DNA from: Tubulanus polymorphus
Lineage: Eukaryota; Animalia; Nemertea
DNA: 64,000 nt
NCBI RefSeq assembly: GCF_964204645.1
Contig: NC_134035.1
Span: 6,593,001 to 6,657,000 of the forward strand
Reading direction: 5' to 3'
Both the position numbers and the translations under genes were made by a program. Below are positions 36,289 through 47,700 of this stretch, piece after piece. Numbering within the stretch: position 1 is the first letter of the stretch; every line of letters starts with the position of its first letter. Below the pieces are notes generated by a model. The model did no database searches. It was not told the origin of the DNA and saw only the letters and a list, made by a program, of their open reading frames with translations.

Positions 36289-36509
36289 ATGAGTGATAAT
36301 AAGTGGATAATAACTGGATTATATAATGGCGCATTACTATCAGTTGGAACTGTTGGTTATACAATGGTATTAAAAAGGTATTCAAAATGGGAAGTGTTAA
36401 TGTTGATAGATTTGATATCAATGATATTTTAAAATTAACATTAGCAGTTACTTTATCTAATTTAACTATTGATTATTTAGAAAAACCAAAATATATTCCT
36501 CCCATATAA
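36289..36509 (+). pseudogene. Small hydrophobic protein, frameshifted
   Basis: MSDNKWIITGLYNG... as in 21607-21876. Confidence 0.7.
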
Positions 36510-36533
36510 ATACATAATTATTTTACTAAATAA

Positions 36534-36957
36534 ATGGCTTCTGCAGTTATAACTATTATAGGATCGGCAATTGTTAACGCTTTAGCATTTACTGGTGGTG
36601 CTTATTTATTTAAACATATTGATAAAAATGGATCATTAACAGAACAAAAAAAGGCATAACTTAGCATTAGAGAAATATAATAAAGCAGCAGAAGAATATA
36701 GAGAAAAGAGACAAAACTATATGTATTATATTAACAAAGAATTATATGATCAGAAGATTTCACATAGAGATTTTCAATCAGTTGATGATGCAATGAGTTT
36801 ATATAACGCGGTAAGCAATAAAGAAAAATTACATCTATACAAACCTAAATTATCAGATTATTATACCCCAAGTAATGAACAGAAGAAATATGAAATAATG
36901 TGGATTTTAGGCGGAACTGTTATTGTTATATTTGTTGCTTATAAGTTTACTAATTAG
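36534..36957 (+). pseudogene. Small membrane protein, frameshifted
   Basis: MASAVITIIG... and ...WILGGTVIVIFVAYKFTN as in 21205-21625. Confidence 0.8.
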
Positions 36958-36977
36958 TAATTTTTTTTGTTAAATAA

Positions 36978-37401
36978 ATGGAAGATAAAGTTGATAATAT
37001 TGATATTATTCCTCATGATATAAATAAAACTAAATTAAAAATATATTCAGAAAAACAAATATTAGAATTTGAAAATGACTTAAAAGTTAAAAAGAAAAAA
37101 TATTTAAAAGGTAAAATTATATATTATTTGATTATAAGTGGTTCGGTTACGATTAGTTCTGTAATAACTTTTCTAGCAATATTTTCACCATTAACACCTT
37201 TAGCTATATCAATTGGCGTACTAGGATTAAGTTCAAGTGTTTTAACTGGTATAGGTTCAAAATTAAATATAAAAGGTAATAAAGAAAAAATTAAAACTAA
37301 TTAATTAATTAAAGAATACACTAGATTATATAATAAGTTTAAATGGCAATAAAACAGTTGAAGAACAAGATAAATTATTAAAAGAATTAATAAATTATTA
37401 A
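36978..37401 (+). pseudogene. Two-TM membrane protein with 3' deletion
   Basis: Homolog of 20759-21184. Confidence 0.8.
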
Positions 37402-37417
37402 TTTTTTAGTTATATAA

Positions 37418-38053
37418 ATGGCAGATAGTTTTCCAAAAGCTTTCCAATATAATAAATCAATTAAATATAATATTCCTGCAATAGATTTTAATAAAGATAT
37501 TACATATAGAAATGTTTTAAATTCATTAATTGATTTATATATTTATGTTACTGAAAGTAATAATTTTCATGTAAAGATGGAAAATATATTTCATGTGTAT
37601 ACAATTAAAAACATTGTAAGATATCAAAATTATTTAGATAAATTACATATTAGATTAAATTATTGTATAGGCCCTAATCTATTAATTATTTCTAATGATT
37701 TAGTATTATAGATGGGAAACATAATTGGTTATAATAATCTAATTAAAACTGCAACAATAAATAATTCATTTGGAATAAATGATATAAATGAAAAGAGTAT
37801 TACTGCTCCAAAATTAATGGAAGGTGGAAAAAATAAAAAACATATTCAATCAACAGAAACTAAAACAAAAGATATTAAATTGGATAATGATTCTAAAATA
37901 AAAGATTACAATACATCAGAAAATATTAAAACTGATAATATTCAACATGATATAATTAAAACTGATAATGATAATAAATTCCATGAAAATACTAATTTAG
38001 CTTTAACTTGTATAGGAATTGTTATAGGAGGAATATTATATTTTAAATTTTAA
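37418..38053 (+). pseudogene. Conserved Polinton protein with ~700-bp internal deletion
   Basis: Both ends match 19420-20742; the middle is missing at ~37600. Confidence 0.8.
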
Positions 38054-38069
38054 TTTTTTTATTATATAA

Positions 38070-39452
38070 ATGGATGTAGAAGGTGGAGTAGATATTCAGT
38101 TGGATCATTTAGATGAACCTGGTATAAGTGATGAACAACCACCTGATTTTGGTGAAATAAGTTTTAATGACGGTAATGAGCCAGGACGTAATTCTAATTC
38201 AACTACACCTGAATTTATTGATAAAACACGTTCAAAGATAAGTATTGAAAATGAAGTACCAGAATTAACAGAAAAAAAATTTAAATATAATGAAATTGCT
38301 AGTGATTTTAAACCAATGTTAAAAAGATCTGGTTTCAATATAACAAATAAAGGTATGGATTATTTAGTAGAAGATTTGAAATGTTTAAATGGCGATTATT
38401 ATTGGAAATTGAAAGGCGACTATTATTTTAAGATTTCTTCTAATAAAAGTCTCGATAAAATAATAACAAAATCAACTTTTAATTTATTAAAACCAGATAG
38501 AATTAAGAAAATCATTAATGATATTATAACTGATGTTACACAAGAAGAAAGAGATGATAATATAAGAGAATTTGAAAAAAGAAATGATTATTTTTTGAAG
38601 ATAATTAATGAAAATTTAGAACCAGAAACAACTTCTGAACAGAATAAAACTTCCAAAACTAGTAAACCTAAATCAACCGAAGTTCAAACTGAAAAACTTT
38701 TACAAAATGGGTTACTTGATGCAACAAATCAAGAATTAGAAGATTTAAATATATTTTCTGATGAAGCAATTAGAGAAATTATTAGTATAAGAAATGAAGC
38801 TGATAAAATTGCACATAATAAAAGTAAAAGTGATATTAAAATTAGAACTTTAGAAAAAGAATTAACTGATAAAAATAAAGAAATAGAACAACTAAAGTCT
38901 GATCTTGATAGTCAAGTAATTGTTGAAATGGAATATAGGCAAAAAGAATTACGTTTAGAAAAAGAAATTAATAATTTAAAAGATAATTTAGAAGTACAGA
39001 AAGAAGAAATAAAATTATTATTAAAATCATATGATTATAATATTAATAGATTAAAAGTTATTTTTAAAGATTTGTTGATAAAACCAAATTCTGAAATATC
39101 ATTGAAAGATAGAATAAAGTTATTATTTAAATTAGAAGGAATAACAATTCTTTCAATTCTAACAGCTGTAACTATGTTATTTACAACAATTGGTTTAGCA
39201 ATATCAAATGCTTTAAAATCTACTCCTACTCCAAATAAACCGGATAAACCCCCGAATGATAATAATTCTATACAAGATAAAGTTAAAGATGGTTTGAAAA
39301 AATTAGCAAAATATTTATGGGAACTATCTAAAAAATCTGCTGCAGCTTTACCAGGAATTATTGCATCAATTGTTGGTTTTATATTGAAATCTGCTGGGAA
39401 TATTCTTAACTTTGCTGCTGAACATATTATTTTATTTTTTGACGCCTTATAA
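38070..39452 (+). CDS. Coiled-coil protein with C-terminal TM helices; last helix cut by a foreign insertion
   Basis: 460-aa ORF homologous to 17937-19403. Confidence 0.85.
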   Translation: MDVEGGVDIQLDHLDEPGISDEQPPDFGEISFNDGNEPGRNSNSTTPEFIDKTRSKISIENEVPELTEKKFKYNEIASDFKPMLKRSGFNITNKGMDYLVEDLKCLNGDYYWKLKGDYYFKISSNKSLDKIITKSTFNLLKPDRIKKIINDIITDVTQEERDDNIREFEKRNDYFLKIINENLEPETTSEQNKTSKTSKPKSTEVQTEKLLQNGLLDATNQELEDLNIFSDEAIREIISIRNEADKIAHNKSKSDIKIRTLEKELTDKNKEIEQLKSDLDSQVIVEMEYRQKELRLEKEINNLKDNLEVQKEEIKLLLKSYDYNINRLKVIFKDLLIKPNSEISLKDRIKLLFKLEGITILSILTAVTMLFTTIGLAISNALKSTPTPNKPDKPPNDNNSIQDKVKDGLKKLAKYLWELSKKSAAALPGIIASIVGFILKSAGNILNFAAEHIILFFDAL

Positions 39453-39802
39453 AACGTTACCATTATGAAACCTAAACAATGCTAACCATTCAGCGTCATT
39501 TTACAAACGACAGCCGTAAATCGATGTGCAAAACGTCACAGGTTTATGTGTACACAAACAAGCTATCTGGCAAAATATTATTGACATAGATGTAGAATGG
39601 CTTCCTGTGATTATATAATGACCTATATTTGAACGTCGAAATGTTATATTGCATTGAATATCATTAGAAGACGTTTTGTTTTAGTAAAGGATGTATGATT
39701 ATATCAGAAGCGGCAGGCATAAATATAAATGATAAGTAAATCGGATTATTCGGTTAAATGGCGGATGTATACACGATGCGGAAGTCTGATATAAAAGTCA
39801 GA
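39442..39802. other. ~360-bp foreign insertion replacing the 5' end of the MCP gene
   Basis: Homology to element 1 stops after 'catattattttattttt' and resumes at 'ccgatataaaagtaa'; higher GC than flanks. Confidence 0.75.
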
Positions 39803-40873
39803 CCGATATAAAAGTAACTGGTCATGATAATAATTATGTTGTCGATAATGTTGGGAGATATTTGATTAAAAAATTAACTATAAAGATTGGTCCAGAAACA
39901 GTTTTCTCATTAGATGATTATAATTTATTTATGCATTATAAAGATTTATGGTTAACTAAAGAAAATAGATTTAATATGATATTTCAAGGCATTCAATCGG
40001 AAAACCATAATAAATTAAGATCTGAAGCCAATAATGCAGTAGTAACTAGTGCCGCAGATAATTTGATAAAAAAGATTTATGGAAGCAAATATAAAATTCC
40101 ATTAGACTTTGAATTGATGAATAATAATGCACCTTTATATAAATATGTAATTCAAGAACATATTATATTTGAGATAACATTTGCTCCTGTAAATGAAATT
40201 GTATTATCTAGCGTTGTTAAAGATATGGGTTATAAATTATCGAATATATGTTTAGAATATGACACAGTAACTAATGACAATAATGCTAGCACAATTCAAA
40301 CTCAATACAATCAAGGATTTTCATTATTATATGATTATATTGATAAATTTAAAACTGTAACTATTAATGCAAATGATGAAATAATTAATGAGAATATTAA
40401 CTCCCCAAGAAGATCTATTAAAGGTATATTAATATTTTTTACCATTGCAACATATTATAATGGCACAATAAAGGTAGATAATTATTATAATCCTAAAATA
40501 ACAAAAGTAGAAATAACTATCGAAGGAATAGCAAATAAAATATTTTGTCAAGGAATGAGAATGATTGATCAATGGCCAGAAATTAGAAAACATTTTATGA
40601 ATGAAAAAGTAAAATCATTTGAAAATTGAAATTTGAAATATTAATCAAATTGATTATTATACCGGCAATAAATATGCATTATGGTTAGATTTTAGAACAA
40701 CAGAGGATAATTCATTACATGGTTCTGGGAAAAAACTACAGAACACAAAAGATGGAATACAATTATTCATGAAAAAGAAAAAAGGAAGCTTAAATTTTAA
40801 AATGCACATTTATATTATATCTGACGCACAATTAAATATTGTAAATTCACAATTAGATAGTATTCAATATTAG
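39803..40873 (+). pseudogene. Putative major capsid protein, 5'-truncated and disrupted
   Basis: ORF 39862-40629 plus tail, near-identical to 16695-17940. Confidence 0.75.
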
Positions 40874-40903
40874 AAATATAAAGTTAAAATTAAGGATATA
40901 TAA

Positions 40904-42032
40904 ATTGGTGGTAAAAAAACTCCTAATACTAAAGAACAATATTTAAGAAATTTATATTACAACCCTGAGAGTTCGGTTGCTTATTCTTCTACCAAAAATA
41001 TATGGCGTCAAGTAAAACAAGATAAATTAGATAAGATAATCCCACGAAATTTAGTTAAATATAAAGATATAAATGAATTTGTGTTAGAACAACCAACATA
41101 CACAACACATAAAAAAATTGTTAGAAAATATAAAACTCGTAAAACTATGGTAAGTTATGTAGATCAACAGTGGCAAGGAGATTTAATTGATATGAAAAAT
41201 GTTAAGAAAGAAAATGATGATTATTGGTGGATCTTAAACATAATTGATATTTTTAGTCGTTATGTATGGAGCTTCCCACTTTATAGAAAAGATGCTGTAC
41301 AAACATCAAATGTTTTAAGAAAATTTCTTTCGGATGATAAACTAAAACCAGAAAAAATACAATTTGATGATGGAAAAGAGTTTGATAATTCACTTGTTCA
41401 TGAACTCTTAGACAATCATAATATTAAATATTTTTTCAACAAAATCGGATAAAAAAGCAGCAGTTGTTGAACGATTTAATAGAACATTAAGAACAAGAAT
41501 GTGGAAATATTTTACAGCAAATAATACTTTTAAATGGATTGATGTTTTACCAAAATTGATAGAAGGATATAATAATTCTTATCATTCTTCTATTGGAATG
41601 AAACCTATTGATGCTAGAAAACCTGAAAATGCTGAAATTGTTTGGAATAATTTATATGGAGCATTTCTTGTAGATGATTTTGGTGAACCTAGATTTAAAG
41701 TTGGTCAAAATGTTAGAATTTCTAAGTATAAAAAGATATTTGATAAAGGATACGATCGAAATTTTACTAGAGAATTATATAAAATAAAAAAGGTTATAAC
41801 AACAAAACCATATGTCTATAAATTAGAAGATTTAGATAGTGAAGAAGTTGATGGCTACTTTTACAAAGAAGAATTGAGTTTAACTACTGAAAATCTAGAA
41901 CAAGAATATAAAATTGAAAAAGTATTAAAAACAAAAACTGTTAAAAGAAAAAAATATTCTTTAGTAAAATGGGTTGGATGGCCAGATAAATTCAATGAAT
42001 GGATATTATCAAGTAAAATTAAAAATATATAA
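40904..42032 (+). pseudogene. int: rve integrase with C-terminal chromodomain, frameshifted
   Basis: WQGDLIDM, IIDIFSRY, QFDDGKEF, VERFNRTLR; tail 'EYKIEKVLK...LVKWVGWPDKFNEWI'; start codon appears mutated. Confidence 0.93.
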
Positions 42033-42641
42033 ATGAATAAAGAATTATTTATATTTGAGCCTCATAATATGTTAATTTCTGGCGTAACAAATTGTGGAAA
42101 AACTTATTCTATATTAGATTTATTAGAAACTGTTTATGAAAACTATTTTGATAATATAGTATTATTTTGTCCAACATATGAATTTAATCAAACTTATGAT
42201 AGAAATATTACTAGAAATAATAAATTTATTATATTAGATCCTAAAACAGTAAAAGAAAATTTAGATAATTGTATTAAAATAGCAATAGATATTTATAAAG
42301 GATCAAATACATTATTCATTATAGATGATTGTGCTAATCTACATGATTCAAAAGTTAGAGAGAGTGAGTTATGCTATTTCGTTTTTTCTGGCAGACATTT
42401 TGGGATAACAACTTGGGTTTTAAATCAAAAATATAATTCAATTGTTAAAGACTTTAGAGAAAACATTAGATTTCTAGTTTTATTCTACAATAAAGATAGA
42501 AAATCGATGAAAAATGCACTTGAGGAAAATGATATTATTCCACATGATTTACATAATGAATATATGGATAAGTTGAAAAATATTAAAAGATCAAAATTAC
42601 TATTTAGATTACAACACCCATTTAAAAATGAATTTATTTAA
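42033..42641 (+). CDS. DNA packaging ATPase (A32-like)
   Basis: GVTNCGKT, FIIDD, GRH. Confidence 0.93.
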   Translation: MNKELFIFEPHNMLISGVTNCGKTYSILDLLETVYENYFDNIVLFCPTYEFNQTYDRNITRNNKFIILDPKTVKENLDNCIKIAIDIYKGSNTLFIIDDCANLHDSKVRESELCYFVFSGRHFGITTWVLNQKYNSIVKDFRENIRFLVLFYNKDRKSMKNALEENDIIPHDLHNEYMDKLKNIKRSKLLFRLQHPFKNEFI

Positions 42642-42928
42642 ATTCAACTAGCTTGTTAATCTAGTTGAATTCTAGTTACATTCTAGTTGAATTCTAGTTA
42701 TTGGTATTTGTAACAAAAATCAACTAGATTTAACAATATTTCAACTAGCTTGTTAATCTAGTTTAATTCTAGTTACATTCTAGTTGAATTCTAGTTGTTA
42801 GTAGTTGGAACAAAAATCAACTAGATTTAACAAGATATAAACAAAAACAACAATATTTCAACTAGCTTGTTAATCTAGTTGAATTCTAGTTACATTCTAG
42901 TTGAATTCTAGTTGCAACATCACAACTA
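42642..42928. repeat. Three ~100-bp units built of CTAG-centred sub-repeats
   Basis: 'ttcaactagcttgttaatctagttgaattctagttacattctagttgaattctagtt' at ~42643, ~42740, ~42857. Confidence 0.85.
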
Positions 42929-42945
42929 ATTTTTTTGTTATATAA

Positions 42946-43488
42946 ATGGTAGGTGAAAAGAAAATAAAATCTAAAAATGGTGATGTTCCAATTGAAAAAA
43001 CTTTAGATGATTTAGGAATAACAGAAAACAAATTAATTCAAGATAATGGTGCTTTAAATAATGTTACAACAAATAATAATTATGAATATTATCTTTATTG
43101 TAAACATCAATTAGAAATATTAATAGCATCTGGAAAATGTAAAAATTTTGTCGGTAAAAATTTAACTTATAATGAATTAGATACAATGAAATCAGATGAA
43201 ATTATTAGATTATTTAAGATTTATGAAGCCGCGAGAACAGCTAGAATTAATGACGCGATATCAGAAAATGTAGTAAAAGGTTATAGTAAATTATGTAATT
43301 ATATACTACCAATTGAAGATGAAAATAGATTATATTCCGATTTAAAAAATGATTATTTAGTTATGACTGAATTAAATAAATGGATTGGATATTTATCATT
43401 TCAATTAGGTGGATTTATGACATTATTATCAACTGGGGTTATAACATTTTCAAATATTGAAAGTAAAAATATTTCTATAATAAATTAG
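42946..43488 (+). CDS. Conserved protein of unknown function
   Basis: Homolog of 12704-13306. Confidence 0.85.
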   Translation: MVGEKKIKSKNGDVPIEKTLDDLGITENKLIQDNGALNNVTTNNNYEYYLYCKHQLEILIASGKCKNFVGKNLTYNELDTMKSDEIIRLFKIYEAARTARINDAISENVVKGYSKLCNYILPIEDENRLYSDLKNDYLVMTELNKWIGYLSFQLGGFMTLLSTGVITFSNIESKNISIIN

Positions 43489-43851
43489 CGAGGTGGAAGA
43501 AGTGAAGGAATTAACTGTGAAGAAAAAACCGAGATCACAGTAACAAATTGAATGGTCTCGGCAATTAGGAATTAAATCACAAGAATATAAAAAAGCTGTA
43601 AAAGAAAAAATAAGTAATACAAATGTTAATAAAAATAGTGAAAATATGGTTATTTCTACTCCTTCTAATGATAGAATATTTGATAAATGTTTATATTTTA
43701 CAGTTGGATTTGTAATTGTATTCATTTTGATTTGTGTAATTGGTATAAGAAATCAAATAAAATTCATGATATTAATAATTCTGAAACAACTGCTATCAAA
43801 AATGAAAATAATTCTGAAATTCCAAAATTGATTATAAAAAAAATGGATTAA
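43484..43851 (+). pseudogene. Small basic protein with TM helix, disrupted
   Basis: Homolog of 13299-13655; 'LYFTVGFVIVFILICVIGI'. Confidence 0.55.
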
Positions 43852-44001
43852 TATTTTAGAAAAAAAGCAAAAAAAATAATTTTTTTAAATTAATTGAATA
43901 TCTCACTACTTTTGTTTATCTATGCGGAGCAATTAAATTGTCCAGATAAGTCATTTCGGATTCTAGATATTCATTATTTTTATTGATTTATTTTGTTTAA
44001 T

Positions 44002-44328
44002 TTAATCAACAATTTCTAAATCATGATGGCCATCTTCATTTTTTCCATGATAGATTATTTTAAATCCTTCTGAATCTTATAATTCCTCTGTACTCAATGA
44101 AACCCATTTATCAGGTAAAAATACTTTAAATTCTCGCGATGTACTAACATTGCAGTAGCTTAAATTAGCTGATACTTTCTCTCCGTATTTAGTTTTTATC
44201 TTTTCTAATTTCAATATTTTATGTTCAATTTCTTTTGTAACATCAACTAACTTTTTTATTTCAAATTGTTTTTTTGCTGGTTTTATTCTGTTATTTATTG
44301 TTGCTAAGAATGCTTTTCTATCTCCCAT
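44002..44328 (-). pseudogene. Homolog of 22970-23323, with premature stop
   Basis: KKL.D..KYGEK..FLPD..LSTEEL*, continuing to GKNEDGHHDLE. Confidence 0.7.
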
Positions 44329-44637
44329 TTATAAGGAAAACAAATTACTTGTGGTGATGAGTGGGGATTACTTCCCCCTGTATATAACAAACACGCTATT
44401 AACCGTTCTCACCCAAGCCTCACAGCATCTATTTATCTGGGCACAGTTGACACGCAATCACTGTACTACAGTAACAGCACACGCGTTAATAACCGTTCTC
44501 AGTAGCGACTCACTGTATCGATCTATCCACGCGCAGCTGTTGTTACGCGCACTCACTGTATATGTGTATCATAGAGCAATCGTCCGTTCTCACTAGAGCC
44601 TAGCTGTGATGAGTGGTGTCTCATACTCAATTGAATT

Positions 44638-44707
44638 ATTACTTGTGGTGATGAGTGGTGTCTCGTCCTCTCGTCCTCTGATCTGAAAGCCCACTTTTCC
44701 AATTACT
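44638..44707 (-). repeat. Right TIR of element 2
   Basis: Reverse complement of 28720-28789. Confidence 0.95.
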
Positions 44708-47700
44708 TTCGTATCAAATATTCCCCTTATCGGAAAACGACAATGTCGATGCGTAAAAGCGCTCAAACCGTGAGGAAAAGCACTTTTCGACCCGAAAACG
44801 TCGTTCAGCGCGAAAAAAAGACGTTTTCGTATCAAATGTTCCCTCTATCGGAAAAACGACAACGTCCATGGGTAAATGCGCTCAAATCGTCAGGAAAAGC
44901 ACTATTCAACCCGAAAACGTCGTTCAGCGCGGGAAAAGACGTTTTCGTATCAAATATTCCCTCTATCGGAAAAATGAAAATGTCGATGCGTAAAAGCACT
45001 CAAATCGTCAGGAAAAGCACTTTTCGACCCGAAAATCGTTCTCCGCGAGAAAAGACGTTTTCTCGTCACATTTTCCCGTATCGGAAAAATGACAAAGTCG
45101 ATCCGTAAAAGCGCTCAAATCGTCAGGAAAAGCACTTTTCGACCCGAAAACGTCGTTCAGCGCGAGAAAAGACGTTTTCGTATCAAATATTCCCCCTATC
45201 GGAAAAACGACAATGTCGATGCGTAAAAGCGCTCGAATCGTCAGGAAAAGCACTTTTCGACCCGAAAACGTCGTTCAGCGCGAGAAAAGACGTTTTCGTA
45301 TCAAATATTCCCCCTATCGGAAAAACGACAATGTCGATGCGTAAAAGCGCTCGAATCGTCAGGAAAAGCACTTTTCGACCCGAAAACGTCGTTCAGCTCG
45401 AGAAAAGACGTTTTCGTATCATATATTCCCCCTATCGGAAAAACGACAATGTCGATGCGTAAAAGCGCTCGAATCGTCAGGAAAAGCACTTTTCGACCCG
45501 AAAACGTCGTTCAGCGCGAGAAAAGACGTTTTCGTATCAAATATTCCCCCTATCGGAAAAACGACAATGTCGATGCGTAAAAGCGCTCGAATCGTCAGGA
45601 AAAGCACTTTTCGACCCGAAAACGTCGTTCAGCGCGAGAAAAGACGTATTCGTATCAAATATTCCCCCTATCGGAAAAACGACAATGTCGATGCGTAAAA
45701 GCGCTCGAATCGTCAGGAAAAGCACTTTTCGACCCGAAAACGTCGTTCAGCGCGAGAAAAGACGTTTTCGTATCAAATATTCCCCCTATCGGAAAAACGA
45801 CAATGTCCATGCGTGAAAGCGCTCGAATCGTCAGGAAAAGCACTTTTCGACCCGAAAACGTCGTTCAGCGCGAGAAAAGACGTTTTCGTATAAAAAATTC
45901 CCCCTATCGGAAAAACGACAATGTCGATGCGTATAAGCGCTCGAATCGTCAGGAAAAGAACTTTTCGACCCGAAAACGTCGTTCAGCGCGAGAAAAGACG
46001 TTTTCGTATCAAATATTCCCCCTATCGGAAAAACGACAATGTCGATGCGTAAAAGCGCTCGAATCGTCAGGAAAAGCACTTTTCGACCCGAAAACGTCGT
46101 TCAGCGCGAGAAAAGACGTTTTCGTATCAAATATTCCCCCTATCGGAAAAACGACAATGTCGATGCGTAAAAGCGCTCGAATCGTCAGGAAAAGCACTTT
46201 TCGACCCGAAAACGTCGTTCAGCGCGAGAAAAGACGTTTTCGTATCAAATATTCCCCCTATCGGAAAAACGACAATGTCGATGCGTAAAAGCGCTCGAAT
46301 CGTCAGGAAAAGCACTTTTCGACCCGAAAACGTCGTTCAGCGCGAGAAAAGACGTTTTCGTATCAAATATTCCCCCTATCGGAAAAACGACAATGTCGAT
46401 GCGTAAAAGCGCTCGAATCGTCAGGAAAAGCACTTTTCGACCCGAAAACGTCGTTCAGCGCGAGAAAAGACGTTTTCGTATCAAATATTCCCCCTATCGG
46501 AAAAACGACAATGTCGATGCGTAAAAGCGCTCGAATCGTCAGGAAAAGCACTTTTCGACCCGAAAACGTCGTTCAGCGCGAGAAAAGACGTTTTCGTATC
46601 AAATATTCCCCCTATCGGAAAAACGACAATGTCGATGCGTAAAAGCGCTCGAATCGTCAGGAAAAGCACTTTTCGACCCGAAAACGTCGTTCAGCGCGAG
46701 AAAAGACGTTTTCGTATCAAATATTCCCCCTATCGGAAAAACGACAATGTCGATGCGTAAAAGCGCTCGAATCGTCAGGAAAAGCACTTTTCGACCCGAA
46801 AACGTCGTTCAGCGCGAGAAAAGATGTTTTCGTATCAAATATTCCCCCTATCGGAAAAACGACAATGTCCATGCGTGAAAGCGCTCGAATCGTCAGGAAA
46901 AGCACTTTTCGACCCGAAAACGTCGTTCAGCGCGAGAAAAGACGTTTTCGTATCAAAAATTCCCCCTATCGGAAAAACGACAATGTCGATGCGTATAAGC
47001 GCTCGAATCGTCAGGAAAAGAACTTTTCGACCCGAAAACGTCGTTCAGCGCGAGAAAAGACGTTTTCGTATCAAATATTCCCCCTATCGGAAAAACGACA
47101 ATGTCGATGCGTAAAAGCGCTCGAATCGTCAGGAAAAGCACTTTTCGACCCGAAAACGTCGTTCAGCGCGAGAAAAGACGTATTCGTATCAAATATTCCC
47201 TTTATCGGAAAAACGACAATGTCGATGCGTAAAAGCGCTCGAATCGTCAGGAAAAGCCCTTTTCGACCCGAAAACGTCGTTCAGCGCGAGAAAAGACGTT
47301 TTCGTATCAAATATTCCCCCTATCGGAAAAACGACAATGTCGATGCGTAAAAGCGCTCGAATCGTCAGGAAAAGCACTTTTCGACCCGAAAACGTCGTTC
47401 AGCGCGAGAAAAGACGTTTTCGTATCAAATATTCCCCCTATCGGAAAAACGACTATGTCGATGCGTAAAAGCGCTCGAATCGTCAGGAAAAGCACTTTTC
47501 GACCCGAAAACGTCGTTCAGCGCGAGAAAAGACGTTTTCGTATCAAATATTCCCCCTATCGGAAAAACGACAATGTCGATGCGTAAAAGCGCTCGAATCG
47601 TCAGGAAAAGCACTTTTCGACCCGAAAACGTCGTTCAGCGCGAGAAAAGACGTTTTCGTATCAAATATTCCCCCTATCGGAAAAACGACAATGTCGATGC

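Larger units (their letters stand above)
28720..44707 (+). mobile_element. Polinton/Maverick endogenous virus, element 2 (15988 bp), decayed, with intein-containing polymerase
   Basis: AGTAAT...ATTACT ends, ~70-bp TIRs, 6-bp TSD TTCGTA (28714-28719 / 44708-44713), same core genes as element 1. Confidence 0.97.

Noticed and set aside
13662-42032. Programmed frameshifting, stop readthrough or an alternative genetic code to explain split viral genes
   Set aside because: Breaks fall at different positions in the two homologous copies and include deletions; ordinary pseudogenisation, perhaps with some homopolymer errors, explains them
10311-44707. One giant inverted-repeat element or an assembly duplication spanning both Polintons
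   Set aside because: Each has its own TIRs, TSD, gene order and private mutations
45181-45298. CENP-B box in the satellite
   Set aside because: TTCG and CCCG words are present but not with the TTCG-N4-A-N2-CGGG spacing on either strand
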